A stretch of 64,000 nucleotides of DNA from Neoechinorhynchus agilis (lineage: Eukaryota > Animalia > Acanthocephala). Positions 26,498 to 39,124 of this stretch are shown here, in pieces (position 1 is the stretch's first letter; every line of letters begins with the position of its first letter). The stretch covers positions 406,797-470,796 of the forward strand of contig CM121342.1 of assembly GCA_051530055.1 (NCBI GenBank), read 5' to 3'. Under the pieces are notes generated by a model. It had not been told where the DNA came from, ran no database searches, and saw nothing but the letters and a program-made list of their open reading frames with translations. A program made the position numbers and the translations under genes.

Positions 26498-29165
26498 GTC
26501 TCTCCTGGTGACTCCAGCTATCCATCGCAGCATATTTATCTCGGCCACCTGTAGTCTTTTGATGTGGTTCTTCGTGGTACTCCATGTCTCTGAGCCATAA
26601 ATCATCGCTGGCCGTATCACAGTCTTATACACGTGATCTTTTATCATCAGTGGTACCTTATTATCACAAATGATCCCTGTGAGACTTCTCCATTTCATCC
26701 ACCCGTTTTGAATCCTAGCGCTTATTTCGGCTGTCATGTCGTTTCCCCTCGATACGAATGAACCCAGATATTTGAAGTTCTCAGCTTTGTTCAGTTGCGT
26801 ATCTTGTAAGCAAATTCTTTTCGGTCCGACATAGACGGTTTTATCCTTCGAGAGATGTAGACCATTTCCTTCCAAGGCCTCTCTCCATTTTTCCAGGTCT
26901 CTATGCAGTTCTTGGCATGTATGGCTCGACAACACAATATCATCAGCAAATAAAATATTCCACTGAGCACCTCTATTTAACGGTCCGCTGATTACGTCCA
27001 TGATTATCACGAATAAATACGGACTTAATGCTGATCCTTGATGTAGTCCAGCTTTCACGGCGAATTCGCTCGTGTTTCCGGCCGGGGTTCTTGCTATTAC
27101 CTTGCATTCATTGTACATATCTTGTATTACTCGAACGTATACCGCTGGACAGAATTTTCTGCTCAGGCACATCCATATCAGATCTTTGGGAACGGTGTCG
27201 TATCCCTTTTCGAGGTCAATGAAGACACTGTGCAGCTCTTTCTGCTTTTCATAGCACTTTTCGTACAACTGTCTCATTGCAAATATTGCATCCATGCTAC
27301 TTCTGGCTGGCATAAAGCCTCGCTGAATTTGAGATATTGATATTTCACTCCTTAAGCGTCGGTCAACTATTCGCTCGTACAGCTTCATCGTGTGACATCA
27401 ATTTGATTCTTCTGTAGCAGTTGCAATCTCTGACATCCTCTTTTCTTTTGAAAATCGGGATCATAATGCTGCGCCTCCATTCGTCTGGAATCCGTTCAGC
27501 ATCAAAGATATGTCGTACAAATTTAGTCAATAAATGAATAGCATTATCCTCCAAGACATTCCAGACCTCTATCGGTATTTCATCCGGTCCAGTTCCTTTA
27601 CCGTTTTTCATTTTGGAAAGAGCTATCCTGATTTCGTTATTCGATATGGTTTGTACTAATCCTTGATTCGATCTTTCATTTCCACTTTTTCTTCCGCGAT
27701 TTTCGGAATTCAGAAGTTGTTCGAAATAACTTTTACATCTCTCTCGGATATTTTCATCGTTGTGTAAAACATCACCGTCGTTATCTTTGACTTCCCTCAC
27801 ACTCTTTACGTTTTTCGATTTTCGGTCTTTGATTCTTGCAACTTTGAATACATACGAATTTCCTTCATCCTCCTGTATCCTCGAATAGAAAGCCGCCTCT
27901 GCTTCTTGCTTCGAAATCAACACCGCTACCTTTGCTCTTCTTTTGGCCTCCCTGTATATTTTCTTGTTTTCTTCAGATCTATCAAGGTCCATCTTCTTTT
28001 TGGCCTCTTTTTTGGCTGTCGCTGCTATTCGGACTGCATCGTTCCACCACCAAGCTGTCCTTTTAGGTCCTTTTCTCCCGGAGGTCTGTCCGAAAGTTTC
28101 CTTTCCGGCGCACCGTATGAAGTCTGCTGTTTTAATCCACCAAACATTAGGGTCCCCGATGTCATAATCTATATTGCCGATCACCATCTTCTTGAACTTG
28201 TCTCGACTTTGCGGTTCTTCGAGGCGCCACCATTTGATCTTGCGATTTGTCTAATATTTTCTTCGATTGATGTTTAGAATTCGAAGATCAATCAATAGTG
28301 GTCGATGTTCTGTGGTGCATATTTCTCCTAAAACCATTTTTGAGACTAACTTCTTTCCATTTACTCTGTGGATACAGAATGTAGTCGATTTGAGTTTGCC
28401 GTCCACCGATACTATATGTAACGAGGCGTCTCGTCGATTTCTGAAAAAATGTGTTTGCGATCCTCAAATCGTTTGCTAATGCGAAATCCACAATACATTC
28501 TCCCTCCTGATTTCTGTTTCCGAGGCATTTTCCACCATGCACTTGGTGACATCCTGCGTTTTCAGCTCCCGCATGACCATTGAAATCCCCACAAACAGCG
28601 TATCGATCCTCTTTCGTTACATTTCGCATAACGTCATACAAGTCTTCCAAAAATTCGTCTTTCTCCTGCTGTGGAAGGCCGGCTTGTGGAGCATAACAGG
28701 ACACTATTACCATACATTGACCTCCAAGATCTATCTTCATCCACGTCATTCTATCGCTTTTTCGGTTCACTTCGATCATTCCGCCTGTATACGTGTTGCT
28801 CAAAACTACTCCGATCCCATTTCGTTCGGTTGATGTACCATTGTAGTACAACTTATAACCATCGCCCAATTTCCTTCGCTTTTGATCCCTTCCACCTCAA
28901 TTCTTGGACGTAGAATACCAATCTTTCTTCGCCTCATCATATCTACAACCTCCATTTATTTCCCCGTCATCGTACCCACATTGAGGGTTTCAACTCTTAT
29001 ATTTCGCTGCTTCGTACATTTTTGCTCTTTCGTTAACTTATACACAGAGTCTGAGCGTATTCTCTGCGCGTCGCCTACGGGGGACGCCCTAGTTCAAGAA
29101 TCCCTGGAGGTGCAGCCAGTGCAGCGGAAGGGGGGAAGTTACGAAAATATAGAGATTTAGCCAGG
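26498..29165 (-). mobile_element. RTE-clade (BovB/RTE-1-like) LINE, frameshifted, 3' end missing
   Basis: LNVGTMTGK..MMRRRK, GYKLYYNG, CGDFNGH, TQIDY (APE); FIDLEKGYD, GLHQGSALSP, LFADD (RT); ends at IAGVTRRD. Confidence 0.92.
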
Positions 29166-29169
29166 GCCC

Positions 29170-29420
29170 ACTATTTTGTCCCCTTCGGAGTAGAGACGTA
29201 TGGAGCGCTTGGCAGCTCGGCACTCTGCTCCAGGATCTTTCGAAGAAATTGAGAGAAACGACCGACGATGCACGGGCAGGTGTATTCCTGTGACAAAATA
29301 TCTCGCTTGCAATACAACGAGGCAATGCTGCTAGCGTGATAGCGACAGCTGAGGAAGGAGAGAAGCTCCAATTTTGCGGACGGTGGTGATTGCACGTTTT
29401 GTACTTTTAATTGCTTAGAA
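29170..29420 (+). mobile_element. 3' end of CRE-clade element
   Basis: YFVPFGVETYGALGS... and SLAIQRGNAASVIAT; homologous to 23430-23660 on the opposite strand. Confidence 0.7.
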
Positions 29421-29779
29421 TAAAAGTTTGATGTTTTTCGATTTTATTGGAGCAAAATGTTTTACAGCCGGATGCCCCTGTCCATTGATGATAAAAGACG
29501 AACTGCTCCTCTGACATCTCCGTCTGCGAGTATCGACGAAACGCGTCTAGTAAGCAACGGATTTGAGTTTCGGCGGTGGTCAGGCACCAGGACACACTCC
29601 TTACGTAGCTCGCATGTTGTCGAAATGTATTTAGTAAAATTTTCGTCAAAAGAACTTATTAGCTCTTTTATTTTTTGTCAGAAATCCCTCAGAAACATCA
29701 CCAGCGGAAAGCACTAGTCTAGGGAACGCAAAGAGACACATCTACGAGAACTCTGAGTTAGTTTGCTCGTGACCCTTGG

Positions 29780-31230
29780 GAAAATCTGTTCTCTATATAG
29801 CCCCCGAGCTATCGTTTGTCTACTACTAGGTGACTAAATTTTCTAAATATAGTTAAGATTGGAGCAGATTTCGCGCTGTTTTCCGATTTTCCTTGTTCCC
29901 TTTAGTAAAATCTGTTTTCTTTATTGGCCGCATTTTTGGGTTTTTTTAAAGGCCTATATAGCGGATAGTTTTTCTGGTCCCTGTTCGGTTACCACTAGTT
30001 GAAAATCGTTCGGATATTCAGCAGATTATAGAAGATTTCGCGCTGTTTTTCGAATAAACTGATGTTTTGCACGGCTTCTCTGCGTATCCTTTTCTTATCA
30101 AACGTTCTACATGTAAAATTAATGCCCTTTATCCTTGGGAAAGTCTACTCTCTATAGTTCACGCATTTATCGCTTGTCTTGACCTACGACGTTATGATTT
30201 TTTAATTATATCAAGTGGATCCCTTTTCTGGCCCATTTTTGATTACCATTTAATAATCCTGTTGATATTCTTACAATTACAGGAAATTTCGCTCTTTTTT
30301 GATTAGGCTTATGTTTTCTGCAGTTTCTATATTAAATCTTCGGCCTATAAAACTTTTGAAATGTAAAATTTTTGAAATGTACTGCAGGGAAAATCTGTTC
30401 TCTATATTGCTCGCATTTGTCACTTATCTTGACCTACGACGTGATCATTTTAACAACTATTTAAAGCAGATCTCCGTTCTCGCCCTCTGTCAATTGCTGC
30501 CAGTTGAAAATCTTCGCGATACTTAGGATGTTATAGAAGAGTTCGCGCTGTTTTTCAATGAAACTAATGATGATAACTTTTTAATTGTAAAATTATTGCT
30601 TTTTTACCTATGGGAAAATCTATTGTAAATATTGCCCGAATTAATCGCTTGTCTTGACCTATGATGTGATCATTTTTCATAACATTATAAAGCTAATTTC
30701 TTTTCTGGTCCCTTTTCGATCACTATCAGCTGAAAATCTTCTGGGTATTAATGAGATTATAGGAGATTTCGCGCTGTCTTTCGATTAAACTAATGTTTTT
30801 CGCGGATTCTTTATTCAATCTTCCACCTGTCAAATTTTTTCTAAATGCTTAATTATTGGTCTTTATCCATGGCAAAATCTGTTGTTAATATTGCCCGCAT
30901 TTATCGCTTGTCTTGACCTACGACGTTATCATTTCCTTTAAAATATAAAGAGGATCACTTTTCTGTCCCCTTTTCGATTACTACAAGTTTAAAATCTTTT
31001 GGATATTCCTGAAATTTTAAAAGAATTCACTCTTTTTTGATGAAGCTATTGTTTTGCGCGGTTTCTCTATACAATCTTTGGCCTTTCAAACTTTTTGAAT
31101 GTATTTTTTCCTTGTTCCCTTGGGAAAATCTGCTCTCTATATTGCCCTCATTTGTTGCTTGTCTTGACTTGCGATGTAATCACTTTATTATAACCATTTA
31201 AAGCTGATCTCCTTTCTTGCTCCTTGTAGT
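29780..31230. repeat. Diverged tandem array, ~225-260-bp unit, about 6 copies
   Basis: Motif gg(g/c)aaaatct..t...tatattgc.cgcatttatcgcttgtcttgacctacgacg recurs at ~29780, 30137, 30387, 30612, 30871 and 31121; gatttcgcgctgtttt recurs between them. Confidence 0.85.
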
Positions 31231-31636
31231 GAGACAAATGTGAGATTATGATGCTGGAAATGATGTATCGGTTAAAGAGGAAAAAGGAAGGAGAGTGTAG
31301 TCTGACATTTGATAAGAAAATGCGGTTAATAACTGATAAAGGACTGATCAATGAAAATGAATTCTTGAAAAAATAAGTTTTGATTTAAACATGACCTGAA
31401 ATCCAACTTACGACCGATAGTAAAGACCAGGCGAATAGAATGCTCTTGAATATACCTTTCTCTAAAGAGAATTCGCCATTTAAGATCAATGAATTTCGTA
31501 GATTGCGTCAGAGGCGAATTTTATTCAGTATGCGCATTTTATTCGCAAATGTATTAAAAAATCGATATTACAATAAATGGCCGTATAAATTTACAACCTA
31601 AAAAAGTTGTGTCGACTTAAAACTCCTCGGATCACG

Positions 31637-31948
31637 ATGTATCTACGTTGTACTCAATTAGTAGTCATCTTCGTTTTGATCGCTTTTAATATCGTGAGCA
31701 AAGCTTCTACAACTGAGCATCTTGAAACGCATCCAGAAAATGTTAATAAAGGGGAAATCGAAAAGACAGGTCGAAACCCTCGTTCGCCACAATCATATAC
31801 ACACCCAGATTTTTTGTCGGATATGGATTCCGACTCGGATGATTCCGATTACGACTACGGTTGTTATCGAAATGATGAGCATTGTGGAGAACGAAAACCC
31901 AACCGATTTCATGAGATTTATGACGAAAAGGATGAAGCTATGGTTTAA
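31637..31948 (+). CDS. Small secreted acidic protein (~103 aa)
   Basis: ATG 31637; signal-peptide-like MYLRCTQLVVIFVLIAFNIVSKA; acidic tract DMDSDSDDSDYDY; 2 Cys (GCYRNDEHC). Confidence 0.6.
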   Translation: MYLRCTQLVVIFVLIAFNIVSKASTTEHLETHPENVNKGEIEKTGRNPRSPQSYTHPDFLSDMDSDSDDSDYDYGCYRNDEHCGERKPNRFHEIYDEKDEAMV

Positions 31949-32288
31949 AGACGATTTTGATAAACGAGTTGTGCCGCATTAAAATGTTAAAAAAGTTTTG
32001 ATTGTTTTCCTCGGTTCCTCCTTTTCTTTCTGTATTTGATTCGCAACTGATAATTTCTAAAATTACTATTATTGTTTTTAGTATTGGTTAAAGTACTGAG
32101 TAATAAAGACCTGTTCCTGACCATTAAATTTTTAAATGACTACAGAAGTGCATTATCTTCCCTAAAGTGCAGAGCGGGGCATACATTGCCGAAGAATTCG
32201 AGAAACAATAGCAACCTCAATAACGAACAGAGAAAAAGAAAGGATATCTCGTCAACGGCACTTTTAGTCTACCATTCAAGAGGTTTAT

Positions 32289-34721
32289 TTATTTGCAAAC
32301 GTTATTGCATTGATCCCCCGATTTCAGCAATCCCTTAGTGCTCACAATATACATTGGAACGGCACCGACGAATCCTCCTGCTTGGACGGTGACACCAAAC
32401 CAAAATAATTTTGTTGAATCCAGCTGACTAATGGTGTTTGCGATTTGAATTCGGATGAAGGATAGTGTGAGCTGTGCAGTGAACCACGAAACAAGCTAGG
32501 AATTCGTGTTAAAATTACACGATCGAATACTGCTCACATACCACAATGACAGATCCTTTTTGAGATCCATTCCAAAAAGGACATGGACTCATGATACTTG
32601 TAGCGACAATAACACTAACTGGCAAGCATCCAAATATAAATATTCCAACAAGCGGATAGACTTCAAGTTTAAGTTTAGGCCAAATCATCTTTGGCAGGAG
32701 AGAAATCGAACTTGCGATCGGGTCTAAAAAAATTATAACGTTTAAAAGGGATAAATATCGCTATTGTTTGCATTAATATTTTAAATATCGATTCTGGTCC
32801 ATTTCGTACTTTCGCATGTCTTCTTAACTACGTGGTCCACGAGTTAATTAACTTATCTAAGGTAATAATTGCGTAGATTTTTACGGCGATGGTCTATCAA
32901 ATTGTATTTTCTGAGGTTTTAGTTGTAAAGTAGCTGCACATTTGAAGGATGAGATAAGTTAGGTATTATGATATCATTTAAAAGCAAACCATTAAGCGAG
33001 AATTAATATTCTACCTTAGAGTACGATTCTCTAGGAGGTTCAAAATGCAAGTCAGATGAACGCCACGGTCAAAAATCAAAATTTTCGAGATATCAATAAA
33101 ACGAATGATTAGCACTTACTTAGTATGCTTCCTATATAATAAACGACGTGACCATAAGGAATCAAGGAATACGACGACAATGTAGGCAATATACCGAATA
33201 GAATGCAATTGATTGGAAGAGACAAGATTAGTAAGCGACGGCATTCGATTTCGTCTTTTGGTTTTGGAAGGAGAGCTTGCCTTGAATGTTCTTCGCTTGG
33301 AAAAGATTGTGCTTCTGTGAACCATCCATTGAACTCACGTCTTAAGAGGATGAATGCAGACAGAGAGATGCAGCAGATTATTGCAATGACAATAAAGAAT
33401 ACGCGAACACTAAATCTTGGCGGAATAATATCGACGACAAGACTGCCATTTAAGTTGTTTTCTTTATAAGTACAATTTATCTCCCCGATTCCTTGAACAA
33501 GAGCCAGAGATGGGGGCAGTAAGGTGCCGATCGATTCTCCAAGCAAAACAGCGTTCACGAATTTCGTTTTGTATTTCTTCATGTAATCCATATAGGAAAT
33601 ACTAGACGCTGTATCCACTAACGCAAGAACAAAAACTGTAACGAGAAGTACTACACTTTTGCTATTATGGATCTTTTGCCAGGCGAATGCAATTACGATG
33701 CAAGAGATCATTGAAACAATTATACTGGTGTATCGCGACGATTAATAATAAATTCAAGTAAGGTGCTACTTCTTAGCATATTTAAACGATTTAAACATGT
33801 ATATTTGACGAAAAAACGATGGTATTTAGCATAAGGCTTAACGAAATCATTAATGCATTTTATCAATTTTTGTCTTCAAACATTAGTTTTAATTAATAAG
33901 ATATCTTTCTATCGCCTAATTTTAGAAAGTTATTTTGTATCTTTTATGCAATCAAAATCTTTTTAAAAATGTCGGAGACGTTCTAAGAGACAAAATTTAC
34001 GAAAAACTGGAATAATAGAAATCATCGTCATGATCAGGTGCTAAATGTCACAAAAAGTGACAATAACCTTTTAATTGGAGCAACCAAAAGCATTGACTAA
34101 TTTGTGACCACAATGTTTACAGACTAAAAGTAATCGTAAGAGTAATCTTAATAGTTGTTACCGTATCCTTAAAACCTTTTGCTCATATATTTAAGCGAAC
34201 AAATTGATATAAGCATTGGAACTGATAAAATATAATGTTATTTTGCAATTGAGTGGTCTCAATTAAATCTCGAAATAAGAGGACGGAGATCCAAAACTGC
34301 ATGAAAATTTATGTCGGTTATCTTTGCCTCGTCAATGAATACTATTGTTTGAGCAAATAAATGTCCGAAACCGATAACTGTCAACAGATTAATCGGCGCT
34401 TTAAATCAATGGTACTTGGTTCATTTCGTCCTCCGAATCGTCGGTCTTTGCACTCCTTACAAAAGGAATTAATGACCACAATCTCATCAGCCATTGATAT
34501 CGGTGTCGCTGCTTAATGGTTTTATAAAGTACAATTGAAAGTGGAGCGATATTGCCTATTTGAATAAGTAAAGACATAATTGATGGTAACTTCCATCCTT
34601 CCGGTGCACTGTCAATAATAAGCGGTAGCTCGACAAATAGAGAATTTATATCAATCCATGTAGATGTACCGAGTAAACAAATAAGAAGGTAAACGATTCG
34701 AAGCACAAAAATTTCAAGCAT
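32289..34721 (-). CDS. SLC52A: SLC52-family riboflavin transporter (RFVT/GPR172-like), multi-exon
   Basis: WIDINSLFVELPLIIDSAPEGWKLPS; IQIGNIAPL; LALVDTASS; GESIGTLLP..LALVQG; PPRFSV; GILPTLSSYSLIPYG; SPCP; FWFGVTVQAGGFVGAVPMY; ends GDQCNNVCK*. Confidence 0.92.
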
Positions 34722-35130
34722 TAAGGTGCTCGTTTGTGTGCAGTTGGAGTTGTGTAATGAGTCGCTTTCTTGTTTTGAGAGGATCACGTTTCGTAACGTA
34801 ATATACGCAAATTCCGAACTTACAAGAGTGTATCTAAAAAGTTAGTGAGATGAAGCGTGTAGATTGCTCAATGTATTGATAATCAAATAAATTCCAATTA
34901 TATTCTTTATTTTTAAGTTTTACTGGCAAGCCGGTATTGTTTTTATCATCATTAAATTTTTAGTTTGTCCCTTCTTGTCCGACTTATTTTTAGGCATAAA
35001 GCCAAACCAATTACATCAGAGAAGTGATATAACCACATAGTCTCTAATGCACGGTTAAAAGTTTGAACATTCCTCCGGATCCTCAGAAACCTCCAGGAGG
35101 CGGGACTCATCAGTGAGTTTCCTCCCTTCA

Positions 35131-35385
35131 GCACCGTAACTATCTCTTCTTATCATGTAGATTGGATAGCCCTTTCCTTTTAGCATGCTCCACAGAAATT
35201 CAAGTTTCTCGCTGAGGGAGTCTTGGTTGGAGCAATAGTTGTAGCCCGGTCAAATAACGACTTAATCTTAGTTACTTTATATTTAATTGGTACCATTGTA
35301 ATGAAAGGGGCAATGCTATCCGGTATACCAATCTTCCTGCATCGTCAAATGTTTCGACGCGAGGACTTGGGTTATAGTCTTTATT
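35131..35385 (-). mobile_element. Penelope-like fragment (RT C-terminal part), duplicate of 50005-50259
   Basis: Near-identical to 50005-50259; KIKSLFDRATTIA..MLKGKGYP. Confidence 0.75.
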
Positions 35386-38300
35386 ATTTTTTATTTATTT
35401 ATTTAACACGGCCATACAACTAGTAAGATAACAATTAGGGTTTTTCGTTAGTCTAGAAGTTATCGTTGGTCCTTTGTCTGCTCTATTGGACTTCAGGTAT
35501 TAGGTCGATCTCAGACCACCTCGGAGGACCAAAAGATCAGATTAATCTTTTATCCTGGTAGTATTACTTTCTTGCCATTAACCTTTTTCTATCTTTATCC
35601 ATTAAGAAATTGCTTATTGTAAAAAAGTGTGTGCATCATTGAATTCTAATCGAATTGTGTGGGAGCATTGTGCGTTGAAGTTAGGGTTAGAAGTAGAGGG
35701 AAAGTAGAATACCTGTTCATTAGATATAAAGAACTTACCTTTATTAGAAAATGAAGAGAAGAATAAGATTTTTCCCAAAAATAAGCGTGAGAGGAAAGAA
35801 AAGAGGCTCATGAATAATTCAAATCAAGATATTTGGCTCTATTGAGAACATATTTGATTTTTAGAAAGGTATTATTAATCGAAGAATTAATTAAAAATCT
35901 AAATGTCTTGGAGGGGAAGTCGATTCCTAGAACCCTGGTAAATTTCTTAATGTTGGAGGAGTTAAAATTGTGGTATTTAATTAAATTATTGATTAAAACT
36001 TTCCTAGAAGAGAACGAGTTAGTGAGGGGGATAAAAAAGGTTTTATTGGCATTGATGACTAGATTAGCCAATTTCAACTCTGAGCTAAGGGTACTCAGAG
36101 CTGCTTGAATGTTGCATAAAAGAGAGGGACAAGACCTGGCCTTGCAGAAGACAAAGATATCGTCTGCATATATAAGAGGAAGGATACCCCTGGGTAGTTG
36201 CGATTTCTTAAAGATAAAATAAGGCCGATAAGGAAAAGAGTAGGGGGCAGTGGAGAGCCTTGGGGGACCCCCAAACGGGAAAAGAATTTGGTTTTTGAGG
36301 GATCCACCTCATAATAAAAGGACTTTGATTCAAGTATGTAATTACTTTTGTATATAAGATTCAGAGGAATTTTTAGCTCCTCAAGAGCTTTGTATAAAAA
36401 GGTTCTATCCAAAGCATCAAATGCTTTGTTCAGGTCAAGCTGAATAAGAATTTTTTGAACAAATTTAATATTGTTCATACAGTTAAGGGAATCAAGTAAA
36501 GTGTTAACGCCTTTACCCTTAATAAAACCATGGAAGTAAGAAGGAATAAGCTTCTTAGTTTCCCAAAACGTGTACAAAAGTCTATTTACGACTCTTTCTA
36601 TGCAGGAGATTATAGGATTCTGAATTGAAATTACTCTAATATGAGCCGGTTTAGAAATAATACCCTTGGTTTTTGGTAAAAAGACTTTCTTCACTATATT
36701 AATATGAAGAAGATCATCAAAATCTAGTTTTGTAAATTTTAATTTTAAAAAGAATAAAAATTTAATTTCTTCGCTGGTAGCAGCACGATTCCAATAGAAA
36801 ATTAATGTCTAAGTTCCAAGAGAATAATTTTTTATTAAAAATGGGAAGAGGAGGGCTGCGTAAGCCGAGAATGTATGCGCATTTAAAATTTCCTCAGTCA
36901 CCTTGGGATAAGAAATTGAACCAATCCAATTGGCAGCTTTTGCTCTCCAACAAGATGGGTTTTTGTTTAAAATGGTGGACCAAAAACCTTTGCCAAAAGG
37001 TTTGAGATTCACTAGGGTTTTCTTCTCCTGTTCAATCTGAAAGAAGAATTTTTCAGTGTAAAATTTCTTCATGAAGAGTTTTGTTATTAAAAAGATTGGC
37101 AATGATTGCTTTTTTATAAAAAATATTTGCAGTCCTACATACAGGAGGACGCTTAATGTAAGATTGAGTGATAAGATGTTTCTTTACAGAAAGTAAAATG
37201 AGGTCGTTAAAGATGCTAAGATGAGAGGGATAAAATAGTAACGGAAAGTTCTTTTTAAGAATTGCACTATCCAAAAAGGAGTGCCTGTTTGAACTAAAGT
37301 TATGAAAACATGGAAATTTAGGTAATAAAAAGTCTTTGGATTTAAAGAACGGTCTGAAGCCTGAGAAAAAATTAGTATTGAAGTCCCCAACTATAAAGTC
37401 GGGATCCCCAAATAATAAGAAGTTAATATACATTTTGGTAAAAGAGTTAACTTTCTTGGGTTGAATATGGAGATTGCATATCGTTAAATGGAGATTAGAG
37501 GGTGAGAAAGAGCCGTATAGAAGGTTTTTAATAGATACAATCTGTATCGCAAAGATCTCGTTCTTCTCCTGAAAGAGCAGCTTGGGGCATACTTATCCAG
37601 GATAAAAGTTGAAGTCCGCCGGAAAATCCTATACTAGATGAGGGTTTAGTAAAACGTGGAGATAAGAGAAAGCACTTATAGTTATTGGATGTAAAAATGG
37701 ATAATGGACCAGTTTCTTGAAAAAAGAGAAGATCCGTATAAGAAGAGTTTAAACAGTCAGAAAGGTGAGTGGGAAGTTTATATGCTCTAGAGGCATTATA
37801 TGTTATAAAAGAAAAATTCGAGTCAGGGGTCCAGAGAGGCTCTGCAATTATATTAAGATCTGTTACGTTTTGGATTTGATTCGTCCAATTCTCTAGAGTA
37901 TGGTGAGATTTGTCTTTTCGTAGAAGAGAAATTAAGCATTTCCCTAATTTTATTAAATGAGGTATTTTCTTGTAAGGATAGTCCATTTGCAAGAGAGAGC
38001 AAAGTCCGGATTTGTCAGTCTCTCAACAATCCACGCAAGCATGGATTTTAAGAGAATTCGTTTTCAAAGTTTAAACTCCTTTGGGATGAGGAGTGGGATA
38101 TAGTAATAGAATCAGTAGGGAAGGGTGAAATGCCCTCCAAGGTACAATGCTGCACGATTGTTTAGTGTTGTCAGCACTGTGAACTGGATGAGGATTGTAA
38201 GTAGCCCAGCCCATACAAACTTGCACTTCCTAGCAAAAGCTGGATGTCTCTTTCCGCAATTCGCGCAGAGAGGATTATCCTGTGCCTTACGGTCCCTTTT

Positions 38301-39115
38301 ATGGTGGGAGCCAGCTCAAAAGATGCATCTCGGCGAAGCCTTGCAGCCTGATTCCGTATGTCCCCATACAGAGCATTTTTGGCATATTGTCAGGTTGAAG
38401 TTGTAAATTGGCTCATGATACATGGAGAAGGTCACCCAGTGTGACGTGATAGCACGACCTGAGGAAGCCAATATGTCTGCAGTCTCCACCGGGGCAGAAC
38501 AAAGAAGTGCATATGCTGAAACCGAATTAGGACTGAATAGGTATTTTATCGGTTTCACACCTAATTCCTTCTCCACCAATCGAAAACCTTCTGCATCCAG
38601 TTCTTGAGGCGGATTAAACATTCTAATGGTCACCCTTCTTGAAAGATAAACAAACGTAATATCCAAGCCCGTCAACATTTTGAAAAATAAGTCCCTCCCT
38701 TCCGCATCGAAAAAGCAGAAGATAATATGAAACTTGGCAGCGAATAACCTCTTGATGTTGAAATGCCTAAGAGACGCTTTGCCGCCAGGGACCAAATAAC
38801 GTGAAAAATAGGTTCGTGTAAGCTCAGCAGGTGATCTGGTACCCAAAGCTTCCTTTGAGATCTTCACAACAAAATCATCCTTCTAGGTTGGACGTTTAAT
38901 AATGTTCGAAACTGGGGCACAATCATTCCTAACTTCACAATCACACGTGAGGGAAATAACTACGTCCGAAACCAGAGGAAAACTTGAACCGGAAAGTATA
39001 GTGGCCATATCTTCCAATATATTAACCTTTCAGAGAAGATATCGGCTGCTTACTTGGCTGTTTCTTTGATTTTATCAGAGCGTAAAAATAAACAAAAAAT
39101 AGCGCACGGTTTTTT
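35386..39115 (-). mobile_element. Full-length but frameshifted I-group-like LINE (ORF1 with CCHC knuckles, APE, RT), 9-bp TSD
   Basis: CQKCSVWGHTESGC and CANCGKRH knuckles; LFFQETG, IVGDFN (APE); QLDLNKAFD, GVPQGSPL (RT); A-rich 3' tail; TSD gtctttatt at 35377-35385 and 39116-39124; empty site at 50251-50259. Confidence 0.9.
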
Positions 39116-39124
39116 GTCTTTATT

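Noticed and set aside
29160-29400. Possible HDV-like ribozyme at the RTE 5' end (GGCTAA motif)
   Set aside because: I could not build P1/P3/P1.1, and the region is better explained as a CRE 3' coding end on the plus strand.
29780-31230. CRISPR-like or prokaryotic repeat-spacer interpretation of the array
   Set aside because: The whole ~250-bp unit is homologous between copies, there are no unique spacers or cas genes, and the context is eukaryotic.
35060-35130. Minus-strand GGAGGAAACTCACTGATGAGTCC, hammerhead-like boxes in the 222-bp filler
   Set aside because: The boxes are in permuted order with only 3 nt between them, and stem II lacks the core G-C pair; it cannot fold as a hammerhead.
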